A DNA stretch of 64,000 bases. Source: Hyphomicrobiales bacterium (lineage in GTDB: Bacteria; Pseudomonadota; Alphaproteobacteria; Rhizobiales; TMED25). Below, one piece after another: positions 28,237-40,428 of the stretch. The stretch covers positions 10,720-74,719 of the forward strand of contig JBMYRO010000004.1 of assembly GCA_049602435.1 (NCBI GenBank). The letters run 5' to 3'. The position numbers and the translations under genes were made by a program. Each line of letters starts with the position of its first letter. Position 1 is the stretch's first letter. The notes beneath the pieces are model-generated. The model was not told the origin of the DNA. It did not search any database and saw nothing but the letters and a program-made list of their open reading frames with translations.

Positions 28237-29394
28237 TCATGCTAGCAGGCAATCAAGAGGATGTCCATTTTCGAATCTGGGCTCTAAATGACTTTCGATC
28301 CACTCTGGCGTGACTTCAGAAATGATAGAAGGACTCCACTTTGGATTTTTATCCTTATCTACCAGTAGTGCTCTCACACCCTCATAAAAATCTGGGTGTA
28401 CACAGCAACCAATTGATGCTTGTAGCTCTAATCTAAAGGTATCTGCAAGTGATAAATGTTGAGCCCGCTTTTGCATTTCTAAACCCAGAACAGCAGATGT
28501 TGGGGATCCTCTCATAAATGTCAATGCTGCTTGAGCTAACCATGGATCCTCATCCCTACTCATATCTCTTAGGCGAGCTGCTATCTCATGCAAACCATCG
28601 TCACCAATTACTTGGTTAATACGTTCAAAATGTTTCTTTAATTGAGATTCAGGAACTTGAATTCCCTTGGAGAGGCTTTCTAAAATATTCGTAACTTGAA
28701 GGGAGTCTTTCTGCCTATTACCAAACCATGATAATGATTTAATCACCTCAATGAATTGAATGTGATGCTCATGATCTAGCATATGGTCTGCCAAACCAGC
28801 GAATAAGGCGTCGCCAGCATTAATATTAGCTCCTGTTAAAGCCAAAAAGCTGCCAATCTTTCCGGGTAGTTTTGGAAGAAACCAACTACCACCAACATCT
28901 GGATAGAGGCCAATAGTAATTTCCGGCATAGCCATACGGGTCTTTGGTGTGACGACACGATGAGATGCACCGGACATCAACCCAATACCACCTCCCATGA
29001 CGACTTCATGCCCCCAACAAATGATTGGCTTTTTGTATGTGTGTATACGGTAATCAAGTCTGTATTCACATGTAAAGAAGTCTTCTGCAAATTGTGGCAC
29101 TTCACCTTTTGCTGTCTTTTTAATTGCATTATAAACGCCCACAACATCGCCGCCTGCACAAAAGGCTCTATCACCAGTGGCATCTAAGAGGACACCAACA
29201 ACTTTTGGTTCATTAGCCCAGGCATCAAGCTGTTGATCAATCAAATCCATCATAGATAATGTCAGCGCATTCAATTTATCAGGAGAATTAAGTGTAATTC
29301 GGCCAAATAATCGACCGCAAGCAGTTTGTATATTATCGAATAATACAGCTTGATTATCAACTTTAGCTTCAGAAAAATACTTACTCAAAAACAA
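28237..29394 (-). CDS. 3-hydroxyisobutyryl-CoA hydrolase-like crotonase
   Basis: TLN.P..LNAL, AFCAGGDV, EY.LD..I..Y.KP, MGGG.G, MPEITIGLYPDVG, DF.EGVRALLVDKD..P.W motifs; start uncertain (TTG 29394 or 29388). Confidence 0.88.
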   Translation of the reverse strand: MFLSKYFSEAKVDNQAVLFDNIQTACGRLFGRITLNSPDKLNALTLSMMDLIDQQLDAWANEPKVVGVLLDATGDRAFCAGGDVVGVYNAIKKTAKGEVPQFAEDFFTCEYRLDYRIHTYKKPIICWGHEVVMGGGIGLMSGASHRVVTPKTRMAMPEITIGLYPDVGGSWFLPKLPGKIGSFLALTGANINAGDALFAGLADHMLDHEHHIQFIEVIKSLSWFGNRQKDSLQVTNILESLSKGIQVPESQLKKHFERINQVIGDDGLHEIAARLRDMSRDEDPWLAQAALTFMRGSPTSAVLGLEMQKRAQHLSLADTFRLELQASIGCCVHPDFYEGVRALLVDKDKNPKWSPSIISEVTPEWIESHLEPRFENGHPLDCLLA

Positions 29395-29415
29395 CTACTC
29401 CCACTCAATAGTACC
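29395..29415 (-). repeat. Duplicate of the guaA 3' end (GTIEWE*), candidate att site
   Basis: Minus strand GGT ACT ATT GAG TGG GAG TAG versus guaA GGC ACA ATC GAG TGG GAA TAA; both contain GAGTGGGA (29399-29406 and 29930-29937). Confidence 0.75.
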
Positions 29416-29573
29416 ACTCTTAGAAAACCCTTTTATATCAGTGCTTTCAGGGCGATAAAATTTACTTAGTTGAAAGTTAGTTGCTGAGTTTTGCCCCTTT
29501 TCTCTTATTTTCAGCTGTTTTTGATTCATGTTAACTAAGATAGTTTAATAATTTAACTTAACTGTTTATGGAA

Positions 29574-29918
29574 CTAATTTATTTCCTCAAGATTTCTCAT
29601 ATATTTTATTTCTTGAGGATCTAAATTTAATTTTTTAACTACTGGATGATTTTCATCAATCAATCTCCAAAAAGGAATTTCTTTCCCATGTTCTTCAATT
29701 GCTTTCCTGAGAAAGATTCCTGTTGAAACTGGACAAGAATTATCCGCGTCCATTTCTTTTGCCAAATCTAGTCTCATTTCTTTTGAAGTCTTATGTGTGC
29801 CTTCTGGAATTTTCTTAATGTATTCAGCTATCTTTTCTGGAGAAGAAATAAGCATTTTCTGTCCAGCTTTTAAGTCTGAAAAGTTTTTTTCAAGAATTTT
29901 TACTATATTTCTAGACAT
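29574..29918 (-). CDS. MGMT/alkyltransferase-like DNA-binding domain protein
   Basis: I..IPEG...T...MR..LA, CPVSTGIFLR, PFWR (at the PCHR position). Start at ATG 29918 (MSRN), 7 nt after the guaA stop. Confidence 0.65.
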   Translation of the reverse strand: MSRNIVKILEKNFSDLKAGQKMLISSPEKIAEYIKKIPEGTHKTSKEMRLDLAKEMDADNSCPVSTGIFLRKAIEEHGKEIPFWRLIDENHPVVKKLNLDPQEIKYMRNLEEIN

Positions 29919-29925
29919 TTTTACC

Positions 29926-31479
29926 TTATTCCCACTCGATTGTGCCAGGTGGTTTTGATGTAATATCATAAACGACTCTGTTTATTCCTTTGACTGAATT
30001 AATTATTTTATTCGATAAATTTGCAAGAAATTCTGTATTAAAATGATAGATATCAGCCGTCATTCCATCTACAGAAGTAACTGCTCTTAATGCACATACA
30101 TATTCGTATGTCCTAGCATCCCCCATAACGCCAACAGATCTAGTGGGTAAAAGTACCGCAAATGCTTGCCATATTTCATCATACAAACCAGCATTTTTTA
30201 TTTCATTTATATATATTTCATCTGCATTACGCAGAATTTCCAGTTTTTCTTCAGTAATTTCACCAGGGCAGCGTATTGCTAATCCAGGACCCGGAAAAGG
30301 GTGCCTTGCAATGAATGACTCAGGCAATCCAAGTTCTTTACCAAGTAACCTCACCTCGTCTTTAAATAATTGCCGCAGAGGTTCAACTAACTTTAAATTC
30401 ATCTTCTCAGGCAATCCACCTACATTATGATGACTTTTAATGGTAACAGAAGGACCACCTGTAAAGCTTACACTTTCTATGACATCAGGATATAGTGTTC
30501 CCTGTGCCAAAAATTTAACATTTCCTATTTTCGCTGCCTCTTCATCAAAAACATCGATGAACACATTTCCTATAGTTTTTCTTTTTTGTTCAGGATCTAC
30601 AACACCTTTGAGTTTATTTAAGAACAACTTTGATGCATCCACATGAACCAATGGAATGTTAAAATGCTCTCTAAACATCCCAACAACCTGTTCAGACTCA
30701 TTTTTTCTCATCAATCCATTATCTATATAGATACATATTAATTGATCGCCCAATATTTTGTGCAATAGAACCGCAACAACAGATGAGTCAACACCCCCTG
30801 ACAAGCCACATATCACTCGGTCATTTTTAACCTGCTCTGTTATTATTTTTTTTTGAACTTCAAAAAAACTGGCCATAGTCCAGTTAAAACTAATACTGCA
30901 AATATCAAGAAAATTTTTAATTATTAGATTTCCGTTCACAGTATGGAAAACTTCAGGATGGAATTGCAATCCATAGTATTTCTTTTCATCACAAGAAATT
31001 GCTGCAAATGGCGCATTATCGGTTTTTGCAATAACATCAAATTGCTCTGGCAATTGAGATACTGAGTCGCCATGGCTCATCCAGACTGTATAATTTTGAT
31101 CCTTTTCCCAAACCCCCTTAAATAATGGTGATTGTTGGGTTATTAGCAGGCTTGAGTTACCATATTCTCTTTTTCCAGAGTTAATAACTTCCCCCCCTAG
31201 TTGATTGACAATGGTTTGCTGCCCATAACAGATACCTAATATTGGCTTACCAAGTTCAAACAACCAATTTGGTGCTTGTGGAGAACCTTCATGTATTACG
31301 CTATAAGGCCCTCCTGAAAAAATTATCCCAGAGAGATTTTCAATAGCATCCTCTTTATTAATATTATTGAAAGGCACTATTTCTGAATAGACACCAAATT
31401 CTCTCACTCTTCTGGCAATCAACTGTGTAAATTGACTTCCGAAGTCTATGATTAGTATTTTTTCTTTATTTTCAGACAT
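29926..31479 (-). CDS. guaA: GMP synthase (glutamine-hydrolysing)
   Basis: [58 protein letters not shown]. Confidence 0.99.
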   Translation of the reverse strand: MSENKEKILIIDFGSQFTQLIARRVREFGVYSEIVPFNNINKEDAIENLSGIIFSGGPYSVIHEGSPQAPNWLFELGKPILGICYGQQTIVNQLGGEVINSGKREYGNSSLLITQQSPLFKGVWEKDQNYTVWMSHGDSVSQLPEQFDVIAKTDNAPFAAISCDEKKYYGLQFHPEVFHTVNGNLIIKNFLDICSISFNWTMASFFEVQKKIITEQVKNDRVICGLSGGVDSSVVAVLLHKILGDQLICIYIDNGLMRKNESEQVVGMFREHFNIPLVHVDASKLFLNKLKGVVDPEQKRKTIGNVFIDVFDEEAAKIGNVKFLAQGTLYPDVIESVSFTGGPSVTIKSHHNVGGLPEKMNLKLVEPLRQLFKDEVRLLGKELGLPESFIARHPFPGPGLAIRCPGEITEEKLEILRNADEIYINEIKNAGLYDEIWQAFAVLLPTRSVGVMGDARTYEYVCALRAVTSVDGMTADIYHFNTEFLANLSNKIINSVKGINRVVYDITSKPPGTIEWE

Positions 31480-31488
31480 AATTTTATA

Positions 31489-34286
<2,798 letters not shown>

Positions 34287-34973
34287 TTATTTTCTGTAAT
34301 TTAATCCCACAACATATAACTCAGTAGAATTTGCTCTGCTTGATTTAGGTTTTATATGTTTCACATTTTGGAACTTAATTTTCATTCGTTTCAGAATATC
34401 ACTTTCTGTTCCACCACGAAAAACCTTCCCAACAAAAACTCCTCCGTCTGCAAGCAGATTCTCTGCAATATCTAGCGCATTCTCCAATAGGGCTATAATT
34501 CTAATATGATCGGTGGACTTATGACCTGTAGTTGATGGAGCCATATCTGATAGTATGATGTCAGCTTCTGGCTTTATCATTTTTGCCTTGATTAGATCTA
34601 GACTATCCTCTTGAAAAATATCTAATTGCATAGAGTCAACCTCTGACAGAGAGTTTATTGGCAATATATCTACTGCCAACACTTGCCCACGTTGTTGTCC
34701 TTTATTTACATACTGGGCAGCAATTTGGCTCCAGCCACCCGGAGCTGCGCCTAAATCCAGAACGCATTGCCCTGGTTGAAAAATATTAAATTTTTCATGA
34801 ATTTCTTGTATTTTGAAAGCCGCGCGTGACCTGTAACCAAGTCTATTTGCTTCTCTTACAAAGGGATCGTTTAATTGACGCTCTAACCACCTTGTAGATG
34901 ATAGCTTTCTTCCCTTGGCAGATTTTACTCTTACTTTTAAATTTGCATCTCTTGTCATTGGAAAATATTCCAC
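34287..34973 (-). CDS. rlmE: 23S rRNA Um2552 methyltransferase
   Basis: SS.RWL.RQLNDP, YRSRAAFK, DLGAAPGGW, SDMAP, KP.SSR..S.E motifs. Confidence 0.96.
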   Translation of the reverse strand: MEYFPMTRDANLKVRVKSAKGRKLSSTRWLERQLNDPFVREANRLGYRSRAAFKIQEIHEKFNIFQPGQCVLDLGAAPGGWSQIAAQYVNKGQQRGQVLAVDILPINSLSEVDSMQLDIFQEDSLDLIKAKMIKPEADIILSDMAPSTTGHKSTDHIRIIALLENALDIAENLLADGGVFVGKVFRGGTESDILKRMKIKFQNVKHIKPKSSRANSTELYVVGLNYRK

Positions 34974-36047
34974 TCAGTTTTTTATTGGCAACCTAGAGTT
35001 AATTTCTATGCCAAAACCAGATAAACCAACAAAATGACTTGTTGTTGATGAGAGCAACTCAATAGATGATATATTTAAATCTCTAAGAATTTGAGCGCCA
35101 AGACCTATGTCTCTCCATTGCTCTTCTCTGATATTCTCACTTCCTGATTTTTTATTCTCTGCCTGCACTCCAATGGCACCTTCCCTTAGATAAAGTATAA
35201 CACCTCTGCCCTTATGGTGCAGATGATTTAATGCAGCTGCAATCAGATTATCTTCTTGAAATACATCTTTAACAATATTCTCTCTATGAATTCTTGTTGG
35301 AATATTATCCCCATCTGAAATATCACCAAAGAGCAATGCTAAATGCTCAACATCATCAAATATTGTGTTGTAGGTAATTATCGTTGCTTCGCCAATTGAC
35401 GTATTTATATTTGTTTCACTAATTCTTTTTACAAGTTGCTCTCTTTGCTCTCTGTATTCAATAATGTCCGCAACCGAAATAATTTTTAAATTATGTTCTT
35501 TTGCAAAATTAAATACTTCTTCACCCCTTTTCACGGTCCCATCGTCGTTCATTAGTTCTGATAATAACCCTACAGGAGGTAAACCACCCAATTTTGCCAA
35601 ATCACTTGCTGCTTCCGTATGTCCAGATCGCATTAAAACCCCTCCTTCCCTTGCGATTAGAGGGAATACATGACCTGGCCTAACAAAATCATTAGGCTTT
35701 GTATTTTCATCTGCCATTGCCCTAATTGTATTTGCTCTTTCAGTAGCTGAGATGCCTGTAGTTAACCCCTTCTTTAAATCAATCGAAATAGTAAAAGCAG
35801 TACTTAGAGGTGCATCATTGTCTGATACCATTGGGTCAAGATGGAGTTTTCTAGCTATATCTTGAGGAGCTGAAACACATAATATTCCACTTGTATGACG
35901 TATTATGAATCCGGTTTTCTCAGGCGTAGCCAATGATGCAGCCATGATCAGATCGCCTTCATTTTCACGATCATCATCATCTACTACTACAACCATATTT
36001 CCCAGAGTTATTGCCTCTATAGCATCTTCAATTTTATCAAATTTCAT
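34974..36047 (-). CDS. ribB: 3,4-dihydroxy-2-butanone-4-phosphate synthase with a degenerate C-terminal GTP cyclohydrolase II-like domain
   Basis: VDDDDRENEGDL, RPGHVFPL, RSGHTEA; C-terminal G.GAQIL.DL segment lacks the zinc-binding Cys residues. Confidence 0.93.
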   Translation of the reverse strand: MKFDKIEDAIEAITLGNMVVVVDDDDRENEGDLIMAASLATPEKTGFIIRHTSGILCVSAPQDIARKLHLDPMVSDNDAPLSTAFTISIDLKKGLTTGISATERANTIRAMADENTKPNDFVRPGHVFPLIAREGGVLMRSGHTEAASDLAKLGGLPPVGLLSELMNDDGTVKRGEEVFNFAKEHNLKIISVADIIEYREQREQLVKRISETNINTSIGEATIITYNTIFDDVEHLALLFGDISDGDNIPTRIHRENIVKDVFQEDNLIAAALNHLHHKGRGVILYLREGAIGVQAENKKSGSENIREEQWRDIGLGAQILRDLNISSIELLSSTTSHFVGLSGFGIEINSRLPIKN

Positions 36048-36054
36048 TTTTTTT

Positions 36055-36918
36055 CTATTTTTCTTTTTTTATAGAGCTTTTTGCAAAGTTTTCATATAGA
36101 TTTCTTAGTTTAAGCGTGAGATTTCCTGGCATACCATCGTTGATCATTCTGTCATCAATCGAAATAACAGGCATAACAAATACAGAAGCACTTGTATAAA
36201 AGGCCTCATCCGCATCATATGCCTCTTCGATGGTAAATGGCCTTTCATCGAAAGATAATCCTTCGAGCTCAAGCAATTTCAATACTGCTTGTCTGGTAGT
36301 TCCTGATAAGATCTTTTCATTATTTTTTCTACTAATTAATTTATTATCTTTAATTATAAATGCATTACTAGATCCACCTTCTGTGATATAGCCATCCTCA
36401 TACATCCAGACTTCATTACAGTTATTTTCATGCGCGACCTGTTTAGCTAATACTTGTGGCAATAAAGCTATCGATTTAATATCCCGTCTTTTCCATCTCA
36501 AATCTGGGAGAGTCATAACTTTTGCATTAAGTCTATCAATTGGAAGCTCCATTATTTGTTTGTGATGAACAAACATGATTAGACTTGGCGATTGACCCTC
36601 TGGAAATTCAAATTCACGACTTTGACCAATTCCTCGGGTTACATGAAAATATAGCGTACCTTCTTTTAATTTGTTAATTTCAATTAGTTTCTTTTGGACA
36701 AGTAATAACTCATCTAATTCTATAGGCAGTGTTAGTTTGATCTCATTTAGTGACCTCTGTAGCCGTAAGATGTGTGACTCATTGTCAATGATAACTCCAT
36801 CATAAACACCTGCAACCTCATATACTCCATCTGCAAATAACAAACCCCTATCCATGATAGAAACTTTTGCATTTTCTATTTTCTCATAAGCACCATTTAC
36901 ATAAGCAATATTTGTCAT
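36055..36918 (-). CDS. dat: D-amino acid aminotransferase (class IV PLP enzyme)
   Basis: DRG..FADGVYEV, RWKRRDIKS, TEGGSSN, ILSG.TR, ADEAF.TSAS motifs. Confidence 0.9.
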   Translation of the reverse strand: MTNIAYVNGAYEKIENAKVSIMDRGLLFADGVYEVAGVYDGVIIDNESHILRLQRSLNEIKLTLPIELDELLLVQKKLIEINKLKEGTLYFHVTRGIGQSREFEFPEGQSPSLIMFVHHKQIMELPIDRLNAKVMTLPDLRWKRRDIKSIALLPQVLAKQVAHENNCNEVWMYEDGYITEGGSSNAFIIKDNKLISRKNNEKILSGTTRQAVLKLLELEGLSFDERPFTIEEAYDADEAFYTSASVFVMPVISIDDRMINDGMPGNLTLKLRNLYENFAKSSIKKEK

Positions 36919-37038
36919 AGTTTTAGCTCAAAATTGTTCATAAAAGTCAGAAAAAACTTATAATAACAGTTATAATAAAATATATTGTAAATATATTTAT
37001 CACTATGATAAAAAAAATACATCATTAATTCAAATAGG

Positions 37039-37512
37039 GTGCATGCTTTGACTAATAAATATAAAATAAATGTAAATGGACAAACCCACGAAATTGAGTC
37101 CGACGAGGATACACCATTATTATACATTCTCAGAAACGACCTAAAACTTAAGGGTACAAAATTTGGCTGTGGAGATGGGATCTGTGGAGCCTGTACAGTT
37201 ATTATGGATGGGTTACCTATATTCTCGTGTGACACACCAATATGGTCAGCAGATGGTAAAAATATTGAAACAATCGAAGGTTTGTCAGTGAATGGGATTC
37301 ACCCTCTTCAGGAAGAAATGATAGACGAACAAGCAGGGCAATGCGGTTATTGTTTGAGTGGTATAACAATGCGGATAAAAGCAATACTTGATAAGAATCC
37401 AAATCAAACTGTCGATGAAGTTGCAGAACAGTTAGATAGAAATCTTTGCAGATGTGGCTCTCAATCAAGAATATTAAAAGCAGTAGAAAATTACATAGAG
37501 AAGGTATCCTAA
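37039..37512 (+). CDS. 2x[2Fe-2S] small subunit of a xanthine-oxidase-family molybdoenzyme
   Basis: TPLLY.LRNDL, KFGCG.G.CGAC, QCGYC, NLCRCG; start may be TTG 37048. Confidence 0.93.
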   Translation: MHALTNKYKINVNGQTHEIESDEDTPLLYILRNDLKLKGTKFGCGDGICGACTVIMDGLPIFSCDTPIWSADGKNIETIEGLSVNGIHPLQEEMIDEQAGQCGYCLSGITMRIKAILDKNPNQTVDEVAEQLDRNLCRCGSQSRILKAVENYIEKVS

Positions 37513-37513
37513 A

Positions 37514-39613
37514 ATGAATATGTTTCCAAACTCTCTCGACTCAGCACCAAATGTTGATAATTGGTTCACATTCAAAGAGAATGGTAAGGTCCGAATGGTT
37601 TCTGGTAAAGTTGAAATCGGACAAGGGATAAATACTGCTTTTATGCAAATTGCAGCTGAAGAACTCGACATCAACCCAGAGAGAATTGAGATCTCAGCTG
37701 GAAACACTCAAGATAAACTCGATGGTGGATGTACATCGGGCTCTCAATCAATGCAAACAGAGGGAATCTCGTTACGTAAAGCAGCCTCTGCAGCACGAAT
37801 GGTTATGCTAGAAAGGGCTGCGGAATTATTACAATCCGATGTAAATAATTTAAAAATTGAAGATGGTGAAATATTTTTAAATGGCGCCCCTACAGAATTA
37901 ACTTATTGGACATTAGCAAAAGATATCAAACTAGATAAAAGTGTTGAATTATATATGAAGCCAAAAACAGCTGATCAAAAGAAGCTGATGGGCAAACCAA
38001 TAAAAAGGGTTGATTTGAAAGATAAGATTCTAGGGAAACATACATTTATTCATGATCTAGAGTTTGATGGAATGCTGCATGCAAGGGTAATAAGACCTCC
38101 ATCAGCTGCATCAAGATTGATCAAAATAGATACAGATAGCATCAACAAACTTCCAAACTTAAAAAAATTAATAGTTAATGGTTCATTTGTCGCTATTGTG
38201 ACTGAAAAAGAACACCATGCTGTAAAGCTTGTCGAGAAAGTAAATAATTTATGTGAATGGTCAAATATTAAATTGAATATAGGAGACCCATTAGAACATA
38301 TAAGAAATACAAATGCACCTTTTACGCTCAGCTTAGACAAAGGTGATGTTGAAAGCGCAACTGGTTCGGATATATCTACAGAAACCTCTAGAAATTATCT
38401 GTGTCATGCATCCATTGGACCATGTTGTTCAGTTGCACATTGGGGAGATAAGAAATTATCTGTTTACACACATAGTCAAGCAGTATTCCCTATGAAAAGA
38501 ACCTTATCTTCAATTTTTAATAAACCTGAGGATGATATTGATGTTCAACATTACCACGGATCTGGTTGCTATGGTCACAATGGTGCAGATGATGTGGTTT
38601 TAGATGCGGTACTGGTTGCAAAAGAGTTCCCAGGAACACATGTAAGAGTTGTATGGTCCAGGGCTGATGAATTATCATGGTCACCTCTTGCTCCAGCGAT
38701 GATAACAAAAATTGATGCCAAAGTTTCTAATGACTCAAGAATCAATTCATTTGATGTTCTTGTAAAAAGTCCACCACATGTAAAAAGACCGAGTGGAAAA
38801 AATGGGGAATATTTATTGGCTGCAGAACATATATCATCGCCGATTGAAGCCCCAAATCCTATAGATACACCGCTAGAAAAAGGAGGCGCAGCAGATAGAA
38901 ATTCGATGCCGCTCTATGATATTCCAAATATAAGAATAAGAAAACAAATCGTATATGATATGCCTTGGAGAAGTTCTGCGATGAGAGGTCTTGGAGCTTT
39001 CGTCAATGTTTATGCAATTGAGACTTTAATGGATGATATTGCACACTCGCAAAGCATAGATCCTCTTGATTTTAGGCTTCAGCATTCTAAAGACCCAAGG
39101 ATCACGGCTGTACTTGAAAATGTTGGTAAATTATCAAATTGGGGATCAAATAACCCAGGAACCTACAAAGGGCTTGCTTTCTCAAGATACAAAAACTCCG
39201 GCGCATATTGTGCTCTTGTTGCTGAAATTAGGGTTGATGAACATATTGACTTACTCAATGCTTGGGCAGTTATTGACGCGGGTGAAATTGTAAATCCTGA
39301 TGGAATCAAAAATCAGATCGAAGGTGGTATTATTCAGGCAACTAGTTGTAGTTTGATAGAAGAAGTAAAATTTGATGAAGAAATTATCCTTGCAAAAGAC
39401 TGGGAGACTTATCCAATAATAAAATTTAATCAAACACCTAAAATTACCGTAGATATTATTGATCGTCCTGAAGAACCATTCCTTGGAGTTGGTGAAGCTG
39501 CGCATGGACCAACTGCAGCGGCAATAAGTAATGCTCTCTATTACGCACTAAATATAAGAATAAAGCAATTACCTATTACTCGGGATAGAATAATTTCAAG
39601 TGTAAATGGTTAA
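37514..39613 (+). CDS. Molybdopterin-binding large subunit (nicotinate dehydrogenase B/isoquinoline oxidoreductase-like)
   Basis: GKVEIGQGI.TA..QIAAEELD, SGSQS, SGCYGHNGADD, NPDG..NQIEGG, LGVGE catalytic Glu. Confidence 0.9.
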   Translation: MNMFPNSLDSAPNVDNWFTFKENGKVRMVSGKVEIGQGINTAFMQIAAEELDINPERIEISAGNTQDKLDGGCTSGSQSMQTEGISLRKAASAARMVMLERAAELLQSDVNNLKIEDGEIFLNGAPTELTYWTLAKDIKLDKSVELYMKPKTADQKKLMGKPIKRVDLKDKILGKHTFIHDLEFDGMLHARVIRPPSAASRLIKIDTDSINKLPNLKKLIVNGSFVAIVTEKEHHAVKLVEKVNNLCEWSNIKLNIGDPLEHIRNTNAPFTLSLDKGDVESATGSDISTETSRNYLCHASIGPCCSVAHWGDKKLSVYTHSQAVFPMKRTLSSIFNKPEDDIDVQHYHGSGCYGHNGADDVVLDAVLVAKEFPGTHVRVVWSRADELSWSPLAPAMITKIDAKVSNDSRINSFDVLVKSPPHVKRPSGKNGEYLLAAEHISSPIEAPNPIDTPLEKGGAADRNSMPLYDIPNIRIRKQIVYDMPWRSSAMRGLGAFVNVYAIETLMDDIAHSQSIDPLDFRLQHSKDPRITAVLENVGKLSNWGSNNPGTYKGLAFSRYKNSGAYCALVAEIRVDEHIDLLNAWAVIDAGEIVNPDGIKNQIEGGIIQATSCSLIEEVKFDEEIILAKDWETYPIIKFNQTPKITVDIIDRPEEPFLGVGEAAHGPTAAAISNALYYALNIRIKQLPITRDRIISSVNG

Positions 39614-40423
39614 TCAACCAGCGGCTGTAAAACCACCGTCGACATATATTGTTTGCCCGGTGATAAAATCAGATGCATTTGATGCCAGGAATATTGCAGC
39701 ACCTAAATGATCAGATGGGTATGCAAATCTACCCAACTTTATTCTCGATAAGATACCCTGCGCTCTCTCTGGCATGGATGCCCAAGTCTTTTGAGTGAAT
39801 TCTGTAACTGTCCCTGTTGGTGCTAGTGTATTCACGCGAATTCCAGCAGGTGCCCACTCGGTAGATATCGCTCTTGTCATATGTGCAACACCAGCTTTCG
39901 CCATACAGTATGGTGCTTTCTTTGCGTCTGTGGTGTAACCCCAAGTTGAACCGAGATTAATAATTTTGCCATATCCTTTTTCAAGCATGATTTCACCTAT
40001 TTTTTGACAGCAAAAAAAGGTTCCTCTCAGATGTGTTGAAGTAATTAAATCAAAATCTTCTTGCGTCACTTCCACAATTGGCTTGGTAAAACCAAACCCA
40101 GCATTATTGACAAGAACGAGATCTTTATCATCAGTTGATAATTTTTTACGCACAAAATCTGCTAATTGTTGGATTTGTTCAACCACAGTGATATCATTGA
40201 CCAGGATATCACACTTCCCACCATCATTTTCTACTTCATTTTTAAGCTCTATGAGCTTACTTTCGGTTCGGGCAGTTACGATTATCTCTGCACCTGCAGC
40301 AGCAAATGCGCGAGCAATTTCCTTACCAATACCTGTGCTGGCTCCTGTTATAACAGCAAGCTTTCCAGATAGACTAAAATCTGGGGAAATTGAACCAACT
40401 TTATCCACCTGATCTCCAGTCAC
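39614..40423 (-). CDS. Short-chain dehydrogenase/reductase
   Basis: TGASTGIG, NNAG, YCMAK, ITGQTIYVDGG motifs. Confidence 0.9.
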   Translation of the reverse strand: MTGDQVDKVGSISPDFSLSGKLAVITGASTGIGKEIARAFAAAGAEIIVTARTESKLIELKNEVENDGGKCDILVNDITVVEQIQQLADFVRKKLSTDDKDLVLVNNAGFGFTKPIVEVTQEDFDLITSTHLRGTFFCCQKIGEIMLEKGYGKIINLGSTWGYTTDAKKAPYCMAKAGVAHMTRAISTEWAPAGIRVNTLAPTGTVTEFTQKTWASMPERAQGILSRIKLGRFAYPSDHLGAAIFLASNASDFITGQTIYVDGGFTAAG

Positions 40424-40428
40424 AATTA

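Noticed and set aside
34974-35450. Degenerate GTP cyclohydrolase II domain on RibB as a pseudogene or novelty
   Set aside because: The frame is intact, and RibB fused to an inactive RibA-like domain is common in proteobacteria
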